Shown here piece by piece: positions 1 through 9,432 of a DNA stretch of 64,000 nucleotides. The notes below the pieces were generated by a model. That model saw nothing but the letters and a program-made list of their open reading frames with translations. It ran no database searches and was not told the DNA's origin. Where the stretch lies: positions 416,001 through 480,000 of the forward strand of contig CAWBMV010000022.1 in assembly GCA_963789955.1 (NCBI GenBank), given 5' to 3'. Numbering within the stretch: position 1 is the stretch's first letter; each line of letters starts with the position of its first letter. The DNA is from an uncultured Candidatus Rokubacteria bacterium (GTDB lineage Bacteria; Methylomirabilota; Methylomirabilia; Rokubacteriales; CSP1-6). Made by a program: the position numbers and the translations under genes.

Positions 1-63
1 CACGACACCCTCGAGCGTGCCGCCGCGGTCGGCGCCCGGCAGTCCGGAGAGATCCGCCGTCAT
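1..63 (-). CDS. Partial CDS running off the left edge; N-terminus resembles family III CoA-transferases
   Basis: ATG at 63 just after the amidohydrolase stop; reads MTADLSGLPGADRGGTLEGVV, similar to the 'L-x-G-V-x-V' start of CaiB/BaiF proteins; only 21 codons visible. Confidence 0.3.
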   Translation of the reverse strand, partial: MTADLSGLPGADRGGTLEGVV

Positions 64-73
64 GATCGGCTGG

Positions 74-956
74 TCAGGCCAGCCCGAACACGCGCGCGGC
101 GTTGCCGTAGAGCCACTTCTCCTTCACGGTGTCCTTCAGCGGCAGCTTCATGTACTCGTCGATCAAGGTCTCGTACGGCTGCCCGACCAGTCCCGCCGAG
201 AGCCCGACGAGCACCTTGTCCTGGATGAGCGTGTTGCCGAACTGCATCAGCATCTCCCAGCCGGACCCGGGCTGACCGAGGTACTTCGCGCGATGCGCGG
301 AGGTGTCCATGTGGAGGTTCGGATGCCGGCGCACGAGCGCGACCATCTCGTTGACCCATGGCCAGCCGCCGAGGCCCGCCGATGATCTTGAGCTCCGGGA
401 AATCCATCGCGACCTGGTCGAGATGGCGCGGATGGCCGAGATCGTAGGGCCGGTCGTTCGCGTAGTTCATCGACGAATAGATCCGTACGGGAATGCCGAG
501 CTCGGCCGCCTTCGTGTAGAGCGGGTAGTAGCGCCGGTCGCTCGCGGGAATCATGTCGACCAGCGCCGAGACCCCGAGCGCCTTGAAGCCTTCCTCGCGC
601 ACCAGCCGCTCGAGCTCGCGAACGCCGGTCATGCCCTTGAAGGCGTTGATGCTGATGCGCGCCAGCCCGATGAAGCGATCGGGATAGCGGCGCAGGAGCG
701 TCGTCTCCTCGTCGTTGGTGATGCCGAAGGGCACCGAGCGCACGATCCCGAGCTTACCGAGCGTGGCGACGTAGGCGTCGAGGCCCATGTCCGGCCGGTG
801 GTCGGCGCCCTCGCGACGCGAGCGGAAGATCCGGCTGTAGTTCGCCATGCCGTAGCCCGCCGGCTGCGCGGCAGTCGGCTCCTGATCGTGGCCCGGCTCG
901 GGCTGGCTCGCTTCGGTCTTCGGGATGCTGCACTCCATGTCGATGATTCGAACCAT
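74..956 (-). CDS. Amidohydrolase_2-fold protein, frameshifted at ~374
   Basis: ORFs 60..959 and 74..346 join by removing one base (IIGG/LGGWPWVNEMVAL); motifs RYPDRFIG, YPLYTKAAELGIPV, KEKWLYGNAARVFGL; SD AAGGAG upstream. Confidence 0.8.
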
Positions 957-987
957 CACGGTCTCCTTCGGTGGTGCCGCACGCGGG

Positions 988-1857
988 TCACCGGTGCTTG
1001 GGATCGAGGACGTCGCGCAGCGCGTCCCCGAGCACGTTGAGGGCCAGGACGATCGCGAAGATCGCCAGGCCGGGATAGAGCGCCATCCAGGGCGCCTGGG
1101 ACAGATAGCGCTGGGCCGAGTTCAGCATGCTGCCCCACGACGGCGCCGGCGGCTGCTGGCCGAGACCCAGGAACGAGAGGCTGGACTCGGCGATGATCGC
1201 GGCGGCGACCGTGAGGCTCGACTGGATCACGAGCGGCGGCAGCATGTTGGGAAGAATCGCGCGCGCGCCGATACGGAACGGCGAGCCGCCGAGCGCGCGC
1301 GCGGCCTCGACGTACTCCTCGGCCTTGACGGTCAGGACGGTGTTGCGCGCGAGGCGGAGAAACACCGGCAGCGCCGCGATGCCGATCGCGATCATCGCGT
1401 TGGTCAGGCTCGGGCCCAGAAACGCGGCGAGCGCGATGGCGACGATCAGGAACGGGATCGCGAGCATGGCGTCGGTGAGTCGCATGATGAGGTCGTCGGT
1501 CCAGCCGCCAGCGTACCCCGAGACGAGCCCGAGGGGAATCGAGACGACCACGGCCATCGTGACGGGGATGAGCCCCGCCAGGAGCGAGGCCCGCGCGCCC
1601 CAGATCAATCGGGACAGCACGTCGCGGCCGACCTCGTCGGTGCCGAGACGATGCAGCGCGGACGGCGCCTTGCGGACGGCGGCGAAATCGGTCGCGATCG
1701 GATCGAACGGCGCCAGCCATGGCGCGGCGACCGCGATGATCACGAAGGCGCTCACCACCGCGACGGCGAGCGCCGCCGCCGGCCGCCGCAGGAGCCGGCC
1801 GAGTGCCGACGGGCGTCGGGCGACCGTGACCGCCAGGGTCGTGGAGGCCGTGCTCAC
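988..1857 (-). CDS. dppC: Peptide/nickel ABC transporter permease (DppC/OppC-like)
   Basis: GTG start overlapping the upstream stop (GTGA); LGTDEVGRDVLSRLIWG, EYVEAARALG, LSFLGLG, SWGSML. Confidence 0.9.
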   Translation of the reverse strand: MSTASTTLAVTVARRPSALGRLLRRPAAALAVAVVSAFVIIAVAAPWLAPFDPIATDFAAVRKAPSALHRLGTDEVGRDVLSRLIWGARASLLAGLIPVTMAVVVSIPLGLVSGYAGGWTDDLIMRLTDAMLAIPFLIVAIALAAFLGPSLTNAMIAIGIAALPVFLRLARNTVLTVKAEEYVEAARALGGSPFRIGARAILPNMLPPLVIQSSLTVAAAIIAESSLSFLGLGQQPPAPSWGSMLNSAQRYLSQAPWMALYPGLAIFAIVLALNVLGDALRDVLDPKHR

Positions 1858-2808
1858 GCCGGGCCTCGAAGTCGCGGGTTGACGAGAAACGCCAGCACGT
1901 CGCCGGCCAGGTTGAGCAGCACGTACAAGCGTGGCCGAGACGAGCACGACACCCTGGACGACGGCGTAGTCGCGATTGAACACGCCGTCGACCAGCATCT
2001 TGCCGAATCCGGGAATCGCGAAGATCTGCTCGGTCAGCACGGCGCCGGACAGCAGCCGTCCGAACTCGATCGCACCCAGGGTGACGACCGGGATCAGCGC
2101 GTTGCGAAGGGCGTGCTTGAGCACCACCATCCGCTCGGTCACGCTCTTCGCGCGCGCCGTTCGCACGTAGTCGGCGCCGAGCGTCTCGACCATCGCGCCG
2201 CGCGTGTGGCGCATCATGACGCCGCCGACGCCGGTGCCGAGCACGAACGACGGCAAGGCGATCGTCGCGAGATTTCGCCGCAGATCTTCCCACGGCGCGA
2301 TATAGCCCGACGCCGGCAGCCAGCCGAGATGGACCGCGAACAGCAGGATGAGCATGATGCCGAGCCAGAAATGCGGCACGGAGAGACCGGAGAGGGCCAG
2401 GACGTTGGCGGCGACGGCGACCGGCCGGCCCTGGTGGACCGCGGCGATGACCCCCGCCGGGATACCGATCAGGAGCGCGATCAGCATCGAGCAGACCGCG
2501 AGCTCGACGGTGACCGGCAGCTTGGCGGCGATGAGCTGGGAGACCGGGATGCGATTGCGCATCGACTCGCCGAAATCACCGCGCAGCACCTTGCCGATCC
2601 AGATCGCGTACTGCACGGGGACCGGCCGATCCAGGTGGTACTTCTGGCGAATCGCCGCGACCGCCACCGGGTCGTGATCCTCGCCGGCCAGGGCCACCGC
2701 GCCATCGCCCGGCAGGAGCTGCTGGAGCGAGAAGATCAGCACGGAGACGAAGAACAAGGTCGGCACGAGGACGACGAACCGCTGCGCGATGTAGCGGGGT
2801 AGGGTCAG
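1854..2808 (-). CDS. dppB: Peptide/nickel ABC transporter permease (DppB/OppB-like), frameshifted at ~1929; start uncertain
   Basis: LDRPVPVQY, GDFGES, DYVRTARAK, KHALRNA, RDYAVVQG; removing one T gives YVLLNLAGDVLAFLVNPRLRGPA-stop; no ATG at the start, CTG at 2808 possible. Confidence 0.85.
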
Positions 2809-4310
2809 AGCTTGAGACCCTTGAACCGGATGATGCCGTCCGGATACGGCGTGAAGCCCTGCACCTTGACGTTGAGACCGGTGAAGACCCGGCGGTGCCA
2901 CAGGATCAGGCGCGGAAGGTCGCGCAGCATGATCTCGGTCGTCTGGTCGTAGAGCTTCTTGCGCTCGGCGGGGTCCGACTCGTGGCGCGCCTTCGTGAGG
3001 ATCCCGTCGATGTCGTGGTTGCAGTACTTGCTGTCGTTCTGGCCGCCGTTGCACGTCGTGAAGGTGAAGATGTTGCCGTCCGGATCCGGGCGCCCGCTCC
3101 AGAACGTGAAGTAGGCCTCGAAGTCACCCTTGCGGCCGGCCGTGAGCATCGTGACGTTCTCCTGCGTCTGGATCGTCATCGTGATCCCGGCCTCGGCCAG
3201 CATGGCCTGGATCACCAGCGCCGCTTCCTGCCGGTCGCGCTCGGGCGGCACGATGAGCGTGAAGGCGAGATTGGGCTGTCCGGCCTCGCGCAGGAGCTGG
3301 CGCGCCCGGGCGACGTCGCGGTGCTTCACGGGGAATTTCGCGTTGTAGAACGGGCTCGACGGGTTGACGAACTGATTGCCCGGAATGTACTCGTTGTTGA
3401 ACACCGTCTTGATGATCGTCTCGCGGTCGATGGCGAGGTCGATCGCCTGGCGCAAACGGGGGTCGGCGCCCAGCACCTTGCCGCGCGGGCCGTTGTTCAG
3501 GTTGAGCGGCAGCATCTGGTAGCCGAGCTCGGGGACGCCGACCACCTTGAGCTTGGGGTCGCTGCGGACCTGCGCGAGATCGGTGGGCGAGACACGCTCG
3601 ATCATCTGCAGGTCGCCCGAGCGCAGATTGGCCAGCCGAGCCGTCGAGTCGATGATCGGCACGAACTCGATCCGATCGACGTGGATGTTGGCCTTGTCCC
3701 AGTAGTCGGCGAACCGCTCGCCGACGATCTTGCCCTGCGCCACGCGCTCGACGAACTTGAAGGGCCCGGCGCACACCGGGCGCGTGCCGAACTTGTCGCC
3801 GAGCTCGCGCGCCGCCTTCGGCGAGATCATCATGCCGGAGCGGTCGGTCAGCGCGGCGATCAGCGGCACCAGCGGCTCGGCGAGGTTGAAGCGAACCGTG
3901 AGGTCGTTGACGATGTCGACGCTCTTGATCTCGCCGATCTCGCTCTTGCGGAACGAGCCCGGCGTCGACAGATGGCGCTCGATGTTGAAGCGCACCGCCT
4001 CGGCGTTGAACGGCTCGCCGTCGTGGAACTTCACCCCGGGCCGCAGCTTGATCACGACCGAGCGGCCGCCGGCGGTCCACTCGTAGCCGGTGGCGAGCTG
4101 CGGGACGATCTTGATGTCGGGCGTGACGTCGAAGAGCTTGTCGCAGAACGCGGCGAAGACCAGGCGGCCGATGTAGGCGCGGCTGATCGTGGGATCGAGG
4201 GCGTCGGGATCGTCGTTCAGACCGATGCGCAGCACCGTCTGGGCCGAGGCCACGCCGGCTTCGAGCAGCACGAGCACGAGGAAGGCCGTCAGTATCCGCG
4301 TCCAGCGCAT
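2805..4310 (-). CDS. ABC transporter substrate-binding protein, family 5 (DppA-like)
   Basis: Signal peptide; LDP, PQLATGYEW, LRPGVKFHDGEPFNAEAVRFN, GPFKF; SD AGGAG. Confidence 0.92.
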   Translation of the reverse strand: MRWTRILTAFLVLVLLEAGVASAQTVLRIGLNDDPDALDPTISRAYIGRLVFAAFCDKLFDVTPDIKIVPQLATGYEWTAGGRSVVIKLRPGVKFHDGEPFNAEAVRFNIERHLSTPGSFRKSEIGEIKSVDIVNDLTVRFNLAEPLVPLIAALTDRSGMMISPKAARELGDKFGTRPVCAGPFKFVERVAQGKIVGERFADYWDKANIHVDRIEFVPIIDSTARLANLRSGDLQMIERVSPTDLAQVRSDPKLKVVGVPELGYQMLPLNLNNGPRGKVLGADPRLRQAIDLAIDRETIIKTVFNNEYIPGNQFVNPSSPFYNAKFPVKHRDVARARQLLREAGQPNLAFTLIVPPERDRQEAALVIQAMLAEAGITMTIQTQENVTMLTAGRKGDFEAYFTFWSGRPDPDGNIFTFTTCNGGQNDSKYCNHDIDGILTKARHESDPAERKKLYDQTTEIMLRDLPRLILWHRRVFTGLNVKVQGFTPYPDGIIRFKGLKL

Positions 4311-4439
4311 GTGGCGAGCTCCTATAGGCTCGCCTCGGCCGGCGGGGCCCCAGCCCCGCGACGTCCTGCGGCGAGCACTACCACTCCTGGGCGGGGTTGA
4401 TCTGGTCGTCTACGGTGACGGCGCTCCGCCGGAGTCGGC

Positions 4440-4448
4440 ATCATAACA
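4440..4448 (-). promoter_or_regulatory. Candidate extended -10 element (TGtTATGAT) for the peptide ABC operon
   Basis: AT-rich TGnTANNNT match in GC-rich intergenic DNA about 130 nt upstream of the binding-protein start. Confidence 0.4.
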
Positions 4449-4618
4449 AGCGCCGCGCGACCTTGTCACCCCGCGCGGGTGATCTCGAGGACGGCCGGGA
4501 TGCGCGTGGCTTGACTCGGCGTGCTCGGCGGCGCAGCATCGCCAGGCGGACGGCGGAGAGCCGCACGAACGGCCATGAGGCGCGGCGTCAACCGGTGGCC
4601 GATGAGGAGAACCAGGAC

Positions 4619-5383
4619 GTGAGCGACTACGACGCGGCATTGGCGCGATGCGGGATGCTGGACGAGGAGGCGCTGGCGCGGCCATGGCCGTTTCGCGGGC
4701 GCCAGATGGACGTCCGATACGCCCTCTATCGGACGCTCGAGGACGCGCAGGAGGTGCACGTGCGCGTGTCGGCCGCCGATCATCCCGAATCGCGCCGGAT
4801 TCTCGCGCTGGCGCAGGAGGCGTTCGGCAGCCTGCGCGCCCTCCTGGTCGGCGTGCCGGAAACCTTGCTCGACAAGAGCCCGCGCGCGGGTGAGTGGTCG
4901 ATCCGGGAGATCATTCTGCACATGGTGGCGGTCGAGCAACGGTACGCCCTGCAGACCAGGTACGCGATCGATCGAACCGACGCGGACCCGATGCGCATTG
5001 CCGACAACCGGCTGCCCTCGCTGACGCCGCCGACCGTCGGCGGCGAGATCGAGGTCCTTCTCGCGCGGCTCGCCGACGCGCGCGCTGAAACGGGCCGCTG
5101 GCTGGGCGACGTGGCGCCCGCGGGCCTGACCCGGCCGACGATCTGGGGCGGCTACGAGATCGACGTGCGCTTTCGCCTGCATCGATTCGCGGCCCACGTC
5201 GTCGAGCACACGATTCAGTGCGAGAAGACGTTGCTCGCGCTGGGATGGCGCCCGACCGAGGGCCGGCGGATCGCGCGGCGCGTGGCCGCCGCCATCGGCG
5301 AGATCGAGGGGTTGGACGCCGTCAAGGACGCGCGGGAGCTCGAGGCTCGTCTGGTCGAGCGCGTCGCATCGGTGGCGTCGTGA
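4619..5383 (+). CDS. DinB/YfiT-superfamily protein
   Basis: GTG after SD GAGGAG; GEWSIREIILHM and RFAAHVVEHTIQ His motifs typical of DinB_2. Confidence 0.7.
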   Translation: MSDYDAALARCGMLDEEALARPWPFRGRQMDVRYALYRTLEDAQEVHVRVSAADHPESRRILALAQEAFGSLRALLVGVPETLLDKSPRAGEWSIREIILHMVAVEQRYALQTRYAIDRTDADPMRIADNRLPSLTPPTVGGEIEVLLARLADARAETGRWLGDVAPAGLTRPTIWGGYEIDVRFRLHRFAAHVVEHTIQCEKTLLALGWRPTEGRRIARRVAAAIGEIEGLDAVKDARELEARLVERVASVAS

Positions 5384-7375
5384 CCGCCGGGCGGGGCATG
5401 GTTCCCGAGGACCTGACGCGCATCCAGTTCGTGACCGATCCCCAGCTCTCGCCCGACGGCCGGCGGATCGCGTTCGTCGTGACGTCACTGTCCGAGGAGC
5501 GCGACGAGTACCTCGCCAACATCTGGATCGTCGAGACGACCGGCGGCACGCCTCGTCGCTTTACGGCCGGGCCGCGGCGCGACATCGAGCCGCGGTGGTC
5601 GCCGGACGGCACGCGGCTCGCGTTCCTCTCCGAACGCGCGCCCAAGGACAAGCTGCAGCTCTACGTGATGCCGGCCGACGGCGGCGAGCCGACCAAGCTG
5701 ACGGCGCTCGAGAACGGCGTCTCGAGCGCCGCATGGTCGCCGGACGGGACGCGCCTGACGTTCGTCTCCGCGGTCGGGGGCCAGCGCGAGCCTGACAGCG
5801 AGGAAGAGAAGCGCAAGTCGCGGCCCGCGCGCGTGATCACCTCCGTGAAGTATCGCTTCAACGGCGAGGGGTTCACCTACGACCGTCGCCCGCACGTCTT
5901 CGTCGTCTCGACCGACGGCTCGGCGCCGGTGCAGGTCTCCGACGGCGACTTCATCGACGCCGATCCAACGTGGTCCCCGGACGGTGGCTCGATCGTGTTC
6001 ACCTCGGCCCGTCACACGGAGCGTGACGACGACGACGCGAGCGATCTCTGGCGTGTGGACGCCAAGGGGGGAATACCGCAGCGTCTCACCGCGACGACCG
6101 GGCCCGTCATGCTCCCCGCGTTCTCGCCGGACGGCCGCTCGATCGCCTACCTCGCACGACCGGCGAAGAACGCGTACGGCCGCAACGTGCGGCTCTACGT
6201 CGTCCCGTCCGAGGGCGCCGCCAGCGCCACGTGTCTCACCGGCGCGCTCGATCGGTCCTGTGGCGCCTTGCACGTGCGTCCGCTCTGGTCGCCGGACGGC
6301 CGCTCGATCGTCGTGGCCGGCGAAGACCATGGCGACGTCGGGCTCTGGCGGGCCGCCGCATCCGGTCACGAGCCGCCCGCCCGGATCGTCGGTGGAGCCC
6401 GTTCGATCAACGGATTCTCGGCCTCAGCCGACGGACGAGCACTCGCGTTCGCGGCCAGCAGCCCGACGGCGCCGGCCGAGGTCTTCACGTGCCGGGCGGA
6501 CGGCGGCGACGAGCGCCGGCTGAGCGAGCTGAATCGCGCGTGGACGGATTCGGTGGCGCTTTCGGCGCCGGAACGCTTTCGCTTCACGCGCGCCGGCTTC
6601 GAGCTGGACGTCTGGGTGATGCGCCCGGCCGGATTTCGTCGCCGGGCAGCGCTACCCGACGCTCGTCAACATCCACGGTGGTCCTCACGCGCAGTACGGC
6701 CACAACTTCTTCGACGAGTTCCAGGTGTACGCCGGCGCGGGCTACGCCGTCGTCTACACCAACCCGCGCGGCAGTCAGGGATACGGTGAAGCCTTCACCC
6801 AGGCGGTCGTCGGCGACTGGGGCGGCGGCGACTACGCCGACGTGATGGGCGCGCTCGACGAGGCCCTGGCGCGCTATCCGTTCATCGACCCCGACCGGCT
6901 CGGGGTGCTCGGCGGCAGCTACGGCGGCTTTCTCACGAGCTGGATCGTCGGCCACTCGAAGCGCTTCAAGGCCGCATGCTCCGAGCGCGCGGTGAACTGC
7001 CAGTACACGATGTTCGGCACCAGCGACATCGGCCATAGCTTCAACGTCGTGGAGCTCGGCGGCCCGATGCCGTGGGAGGACATGGCGCGCTACATCGAGC
7101 GCTCGCCGCTGACGTACGCGAAGGACGTCGTGACGCCGCTCCTGATCATCCACTCCGAGGACGACCTGCGCTGCCCGATCGAGCAGGGCGAGCAGCTCTT
7201 CGTCGCGCTCAAGAAGCTTGGGCGCGAGGTCCGTTTCATCCGCTTTCCCGGCGAGAACCACGAGATGTCACGCTCCGGCAAGCCACGCCACCGGCTCGAG
7301 CGGTTCCGGCACATTCTCGAGTGGTTCGGCGCCTACCTGAGCAAGGCCACGGCGGGGGCTACGACGAGGACCTGA
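5380..7375 (+). CDS. S9 family peptidase (acylaminoacyl/dipeptidyl peptidase-like), frameshifted at ~6635
   Basis: Repeated WSPDG propeller motifs; removing one T gives IHGGPH; GGSYGG nucleophile, EDDLRCP, GENHE. Confidence 0.92.
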
Positions 7376-7453
7376 GGCGCTGTTCGATAGCTTGCGCCGG
7401 CGCGGGATCGCCGATACTGTCCTCGCGGATACCGTCACTTCAAGGAGGGGGGC

Positions 7454-7936
7454 GTGACACGAACCTTCGATCCTCGCCGCTGCCATCCAGTGGGCTGGCT
7501 CCTGCTGCTGACGGTTCTGCTCGTCCCGCTTGGCTGCTCGTTCTCGGCCAGCTCGAACAGCTTGTCGGACTCCTTCGCGAGCAGCTCGAAGAGCTCGAAG
7601 AGCTCGTCGGACTCCTCCGCGAGCAGCTCGGCCTCATCGAGCCCGGGCGACAGCGCCTACTACGACAACGTGCGGAGCACCACCGAGGCCTACGCCAAGT
7701 CGGGCGGCCCCTTCGACGCCTATCAGAAGAAGCTCGGCGATCTGGCTAAGGAGCGCGGCGTCACGAACTGGGAAGAGAATCTCGGGACCTACGCCGCCAT
7801 CGGCGAAGGGCTCGGGCAGGCCAAGGCGAGCCAGGGCCTGGTGGACACGTTCAAGAGCCGCCTGACCCCGCCGGGCAGCGCGAACAGCGCCGACAAGCAG
7901 TCCGCGATCCAGAAAGGCTACGACTCCAAGAAGTGA
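7454..7936 (+). CDS. Putative lipoprotein with Ser-rich N-terminal linker
   Basis: SD AAGGAGG; hydrophobic stretch ending LLVPLG-C lipobox, then SFSASSNSLSDSFASSSKSSKSSSDSS. Confidence 0.7.
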   Translation: MTRTFDPRRCHPVGWLLLLTVLLVPLGCSFSASSNSLSDSFASSSKSSKSSSDSSASSSASSSPGDSAYYDNVRSTTEAYAKSGGPFDAYQKKLGDLAKERGVTNWEENLGTYAAIGEGLGQAKASQGLVDTFKSRLTPPGSANSADKQSAIQKGYDSKK

Positions 7937-8208
7937 GCCGGCCGGGGTCGCCTGGTCGGGCTAGGAAGATAGGTCCGAGCGGAACGTCTCGCGATCCTCG
8001 TCGCAATTAGCGGGGGTCGGCGTCGTTTGCATCATCTGCGACCAGCCCGTGGCCCAAGATCAGATGGAGTTCGCGAATCGGATTTGCAGGCGACGAGACC
8101 ATGCCCGGAGTGGACACGTACCACGTCCACCTCCAAGGACATGCCCTGATCTCTATCTCACCGCAGCGAACGCTTCAAGTGTGTCGATTCCTGGACGGAC
8201 GAGCTGTT

Positions 8209-8589
8209 CTACTCGACGTCGATCTCGATATACGCTCGACGCCGGGCGCGGCCGGTAAGAGCGGAGAAGAGATCAGCCACCCGCATCTGCCAGCCGTACT
8301 TCGCCCGTAGTGCCCCGTGCGCCCGGTCGATCACGGCGGGCTCCGCAATCAGACGCGCCGTCGCGGCGCGCGCCGCACCCTGTACGCGCCCCCGCGAATC
8401 CGACGGCGCGACGCGTGCCTTCGCCGTATGGCGCAAACGCTTGACCTTTCCGGAGTCGCCCATGGTGAACACGTAGAGCCTGGCACCGGAGGCCGCGAAC
8501 CACACCGGTGTGGCCACCTCAGCGCCGTTGCGGCGGAAGGTCGAGAGGCTGATGTAGCGGTGGTGATCGAGGTCGCCGACGACGCTCAC
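8209..8589 (-). CDS. PPOX-class (probably F420-dependent) oxidoreductase
   Basis: YISLSTFRRNG..VATPVWF, SGKVKRLRH, LRAKYG. Confidence 0.85.
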   Translation of the reverse strand: MSVVGDLDHHRYISLSTFRRNGAEVATPVWFAASGARLYVFTMGDSGKVKRLRHTAKARVAPSDSRGRVQGAARAATARLIAEPAVIDRAHGALRAKYGWQMRVADLFSALTGRARRRAYIEIDVE

Positions 8590-8597
8590 GATGGGCT

Positions 8598-8609
8598 GAT
8601 GGTACCATC
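8598..8609. promoter_or_regulatory. 12-bp perfect palindrome giving TGgTACCAT extended -10 on both strands
   Basis: GATGGTACCATC lies in the 74-nt gap between the divergent PPOX and SDR genes. Confidence 0.5.
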
Positions 8610-8663
8610 CGGTTCTCGGCGAACCGCGGCGCACGAACGCGACCAACACCCGGAGGCAGGCGC

Positions 8664-9413
8664 ATGGGAAAGCTCGAAGGCAGGATCGCCCTGGTGACCG
8701 GCTCGGGCCGTAACATCGGCCGCGCGACCGTGCTGAAGCTGGCCGAAGAAGGCGCGCACGTGGTGGTCAACTCCCGCACGAACCAGGCCGAAGCCGAGGC
8801 GGTCGCGCGTGAGGCGCAGGCCAGGGGTGTCAAGGCGATCGCGGTCGTCGCCGACGTCGCCCGGAAGGACCAGGTCGACGCGATGGTCGCCCGGGCGATG
8901 TCGGAGTTCGGCCGGATCGACATCCTCGTCAACAACGCGGCGATCCGCCCGCACAAGCCCTTCACCGAGGTGACGGTGCAGGACTGGGAGGCGGTGCGGG
9001 GCGTCGTGCTCGACGGCGCCGTGTATTGCACGCGCGCGGTCATCGAGTCGATGGTCAAGAACAAGTACGGACGGATCGTCTTCTTCACCGGCGAGGGCGC
9101 GTTCATGGGCGGCTCCGGACGCGCCGCAGTGTCCGCGGCCAAGATGGGCCTGGTCGGGCTCGCGCGCGGTCTCGCATCCGAGTTCGCCGCGCAGAACATC
9201 CGGGTCAACGTCGTCTCGCCCGGGAGCATCGACACCTCGCGCGCGAATCCCGAGTGGTACCAGGGGCGAACGCCGAATGCCGCGGGGATTCCGCTCGGAC
9301 GGCAGGGGACCGTCGACGAGATCGCCGCCACCTGCCTGTTCCTGGTCAGCGACGACGGCGGCTTCATCACGGGCCAGACCATTCACGCCAACGGCGGCGT
9401 CGCGTACTACTGA
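8664..9413 (+). CDS. SDR family oxidoreductase with atypical active site
   Basis: TGSGRNIG, DILVNNAA, IRVNVVSPG, FITGQTIHANGG; SD GGAGG. Confidence 0.9.
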   Translation: MGKLEGRIALVTGSGRNIGRATVLKLAEEGAHVVVNSRTNQAEAEAVAREAQARGVKAIAVVADVARKDQVDAMVARAMSEFGRIDILVNNAAIRPHKPFTEVTVQDWEAVRGVVLDGAVYCTRAVIESMVKNKYGRIVFFTGEGAFMGGSGRAAVSAAKMGLVGLARGLASEFAAQNIRVNVVSPGSIDTSRANPEWYQGRTPNAAGIPLGRQGTVDEIAATCLFLVSDDGGFITGQTIHANGGVAYY

Positions 9414-9432
9414 GCGCCAGGGGAGAGCACCG

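Noticed and set aside
988..3054. Apparent 688-aa DppB-DppC fusion
   Set aside because: Removing one base near 1929 restores a normal DppB C-terminus and a GTGA overlap with DppC
7937..8208. Possible small gene or RNA between convergent genes
   Set aside because: Only short ORFs without recognisable motifs; no convincing structure
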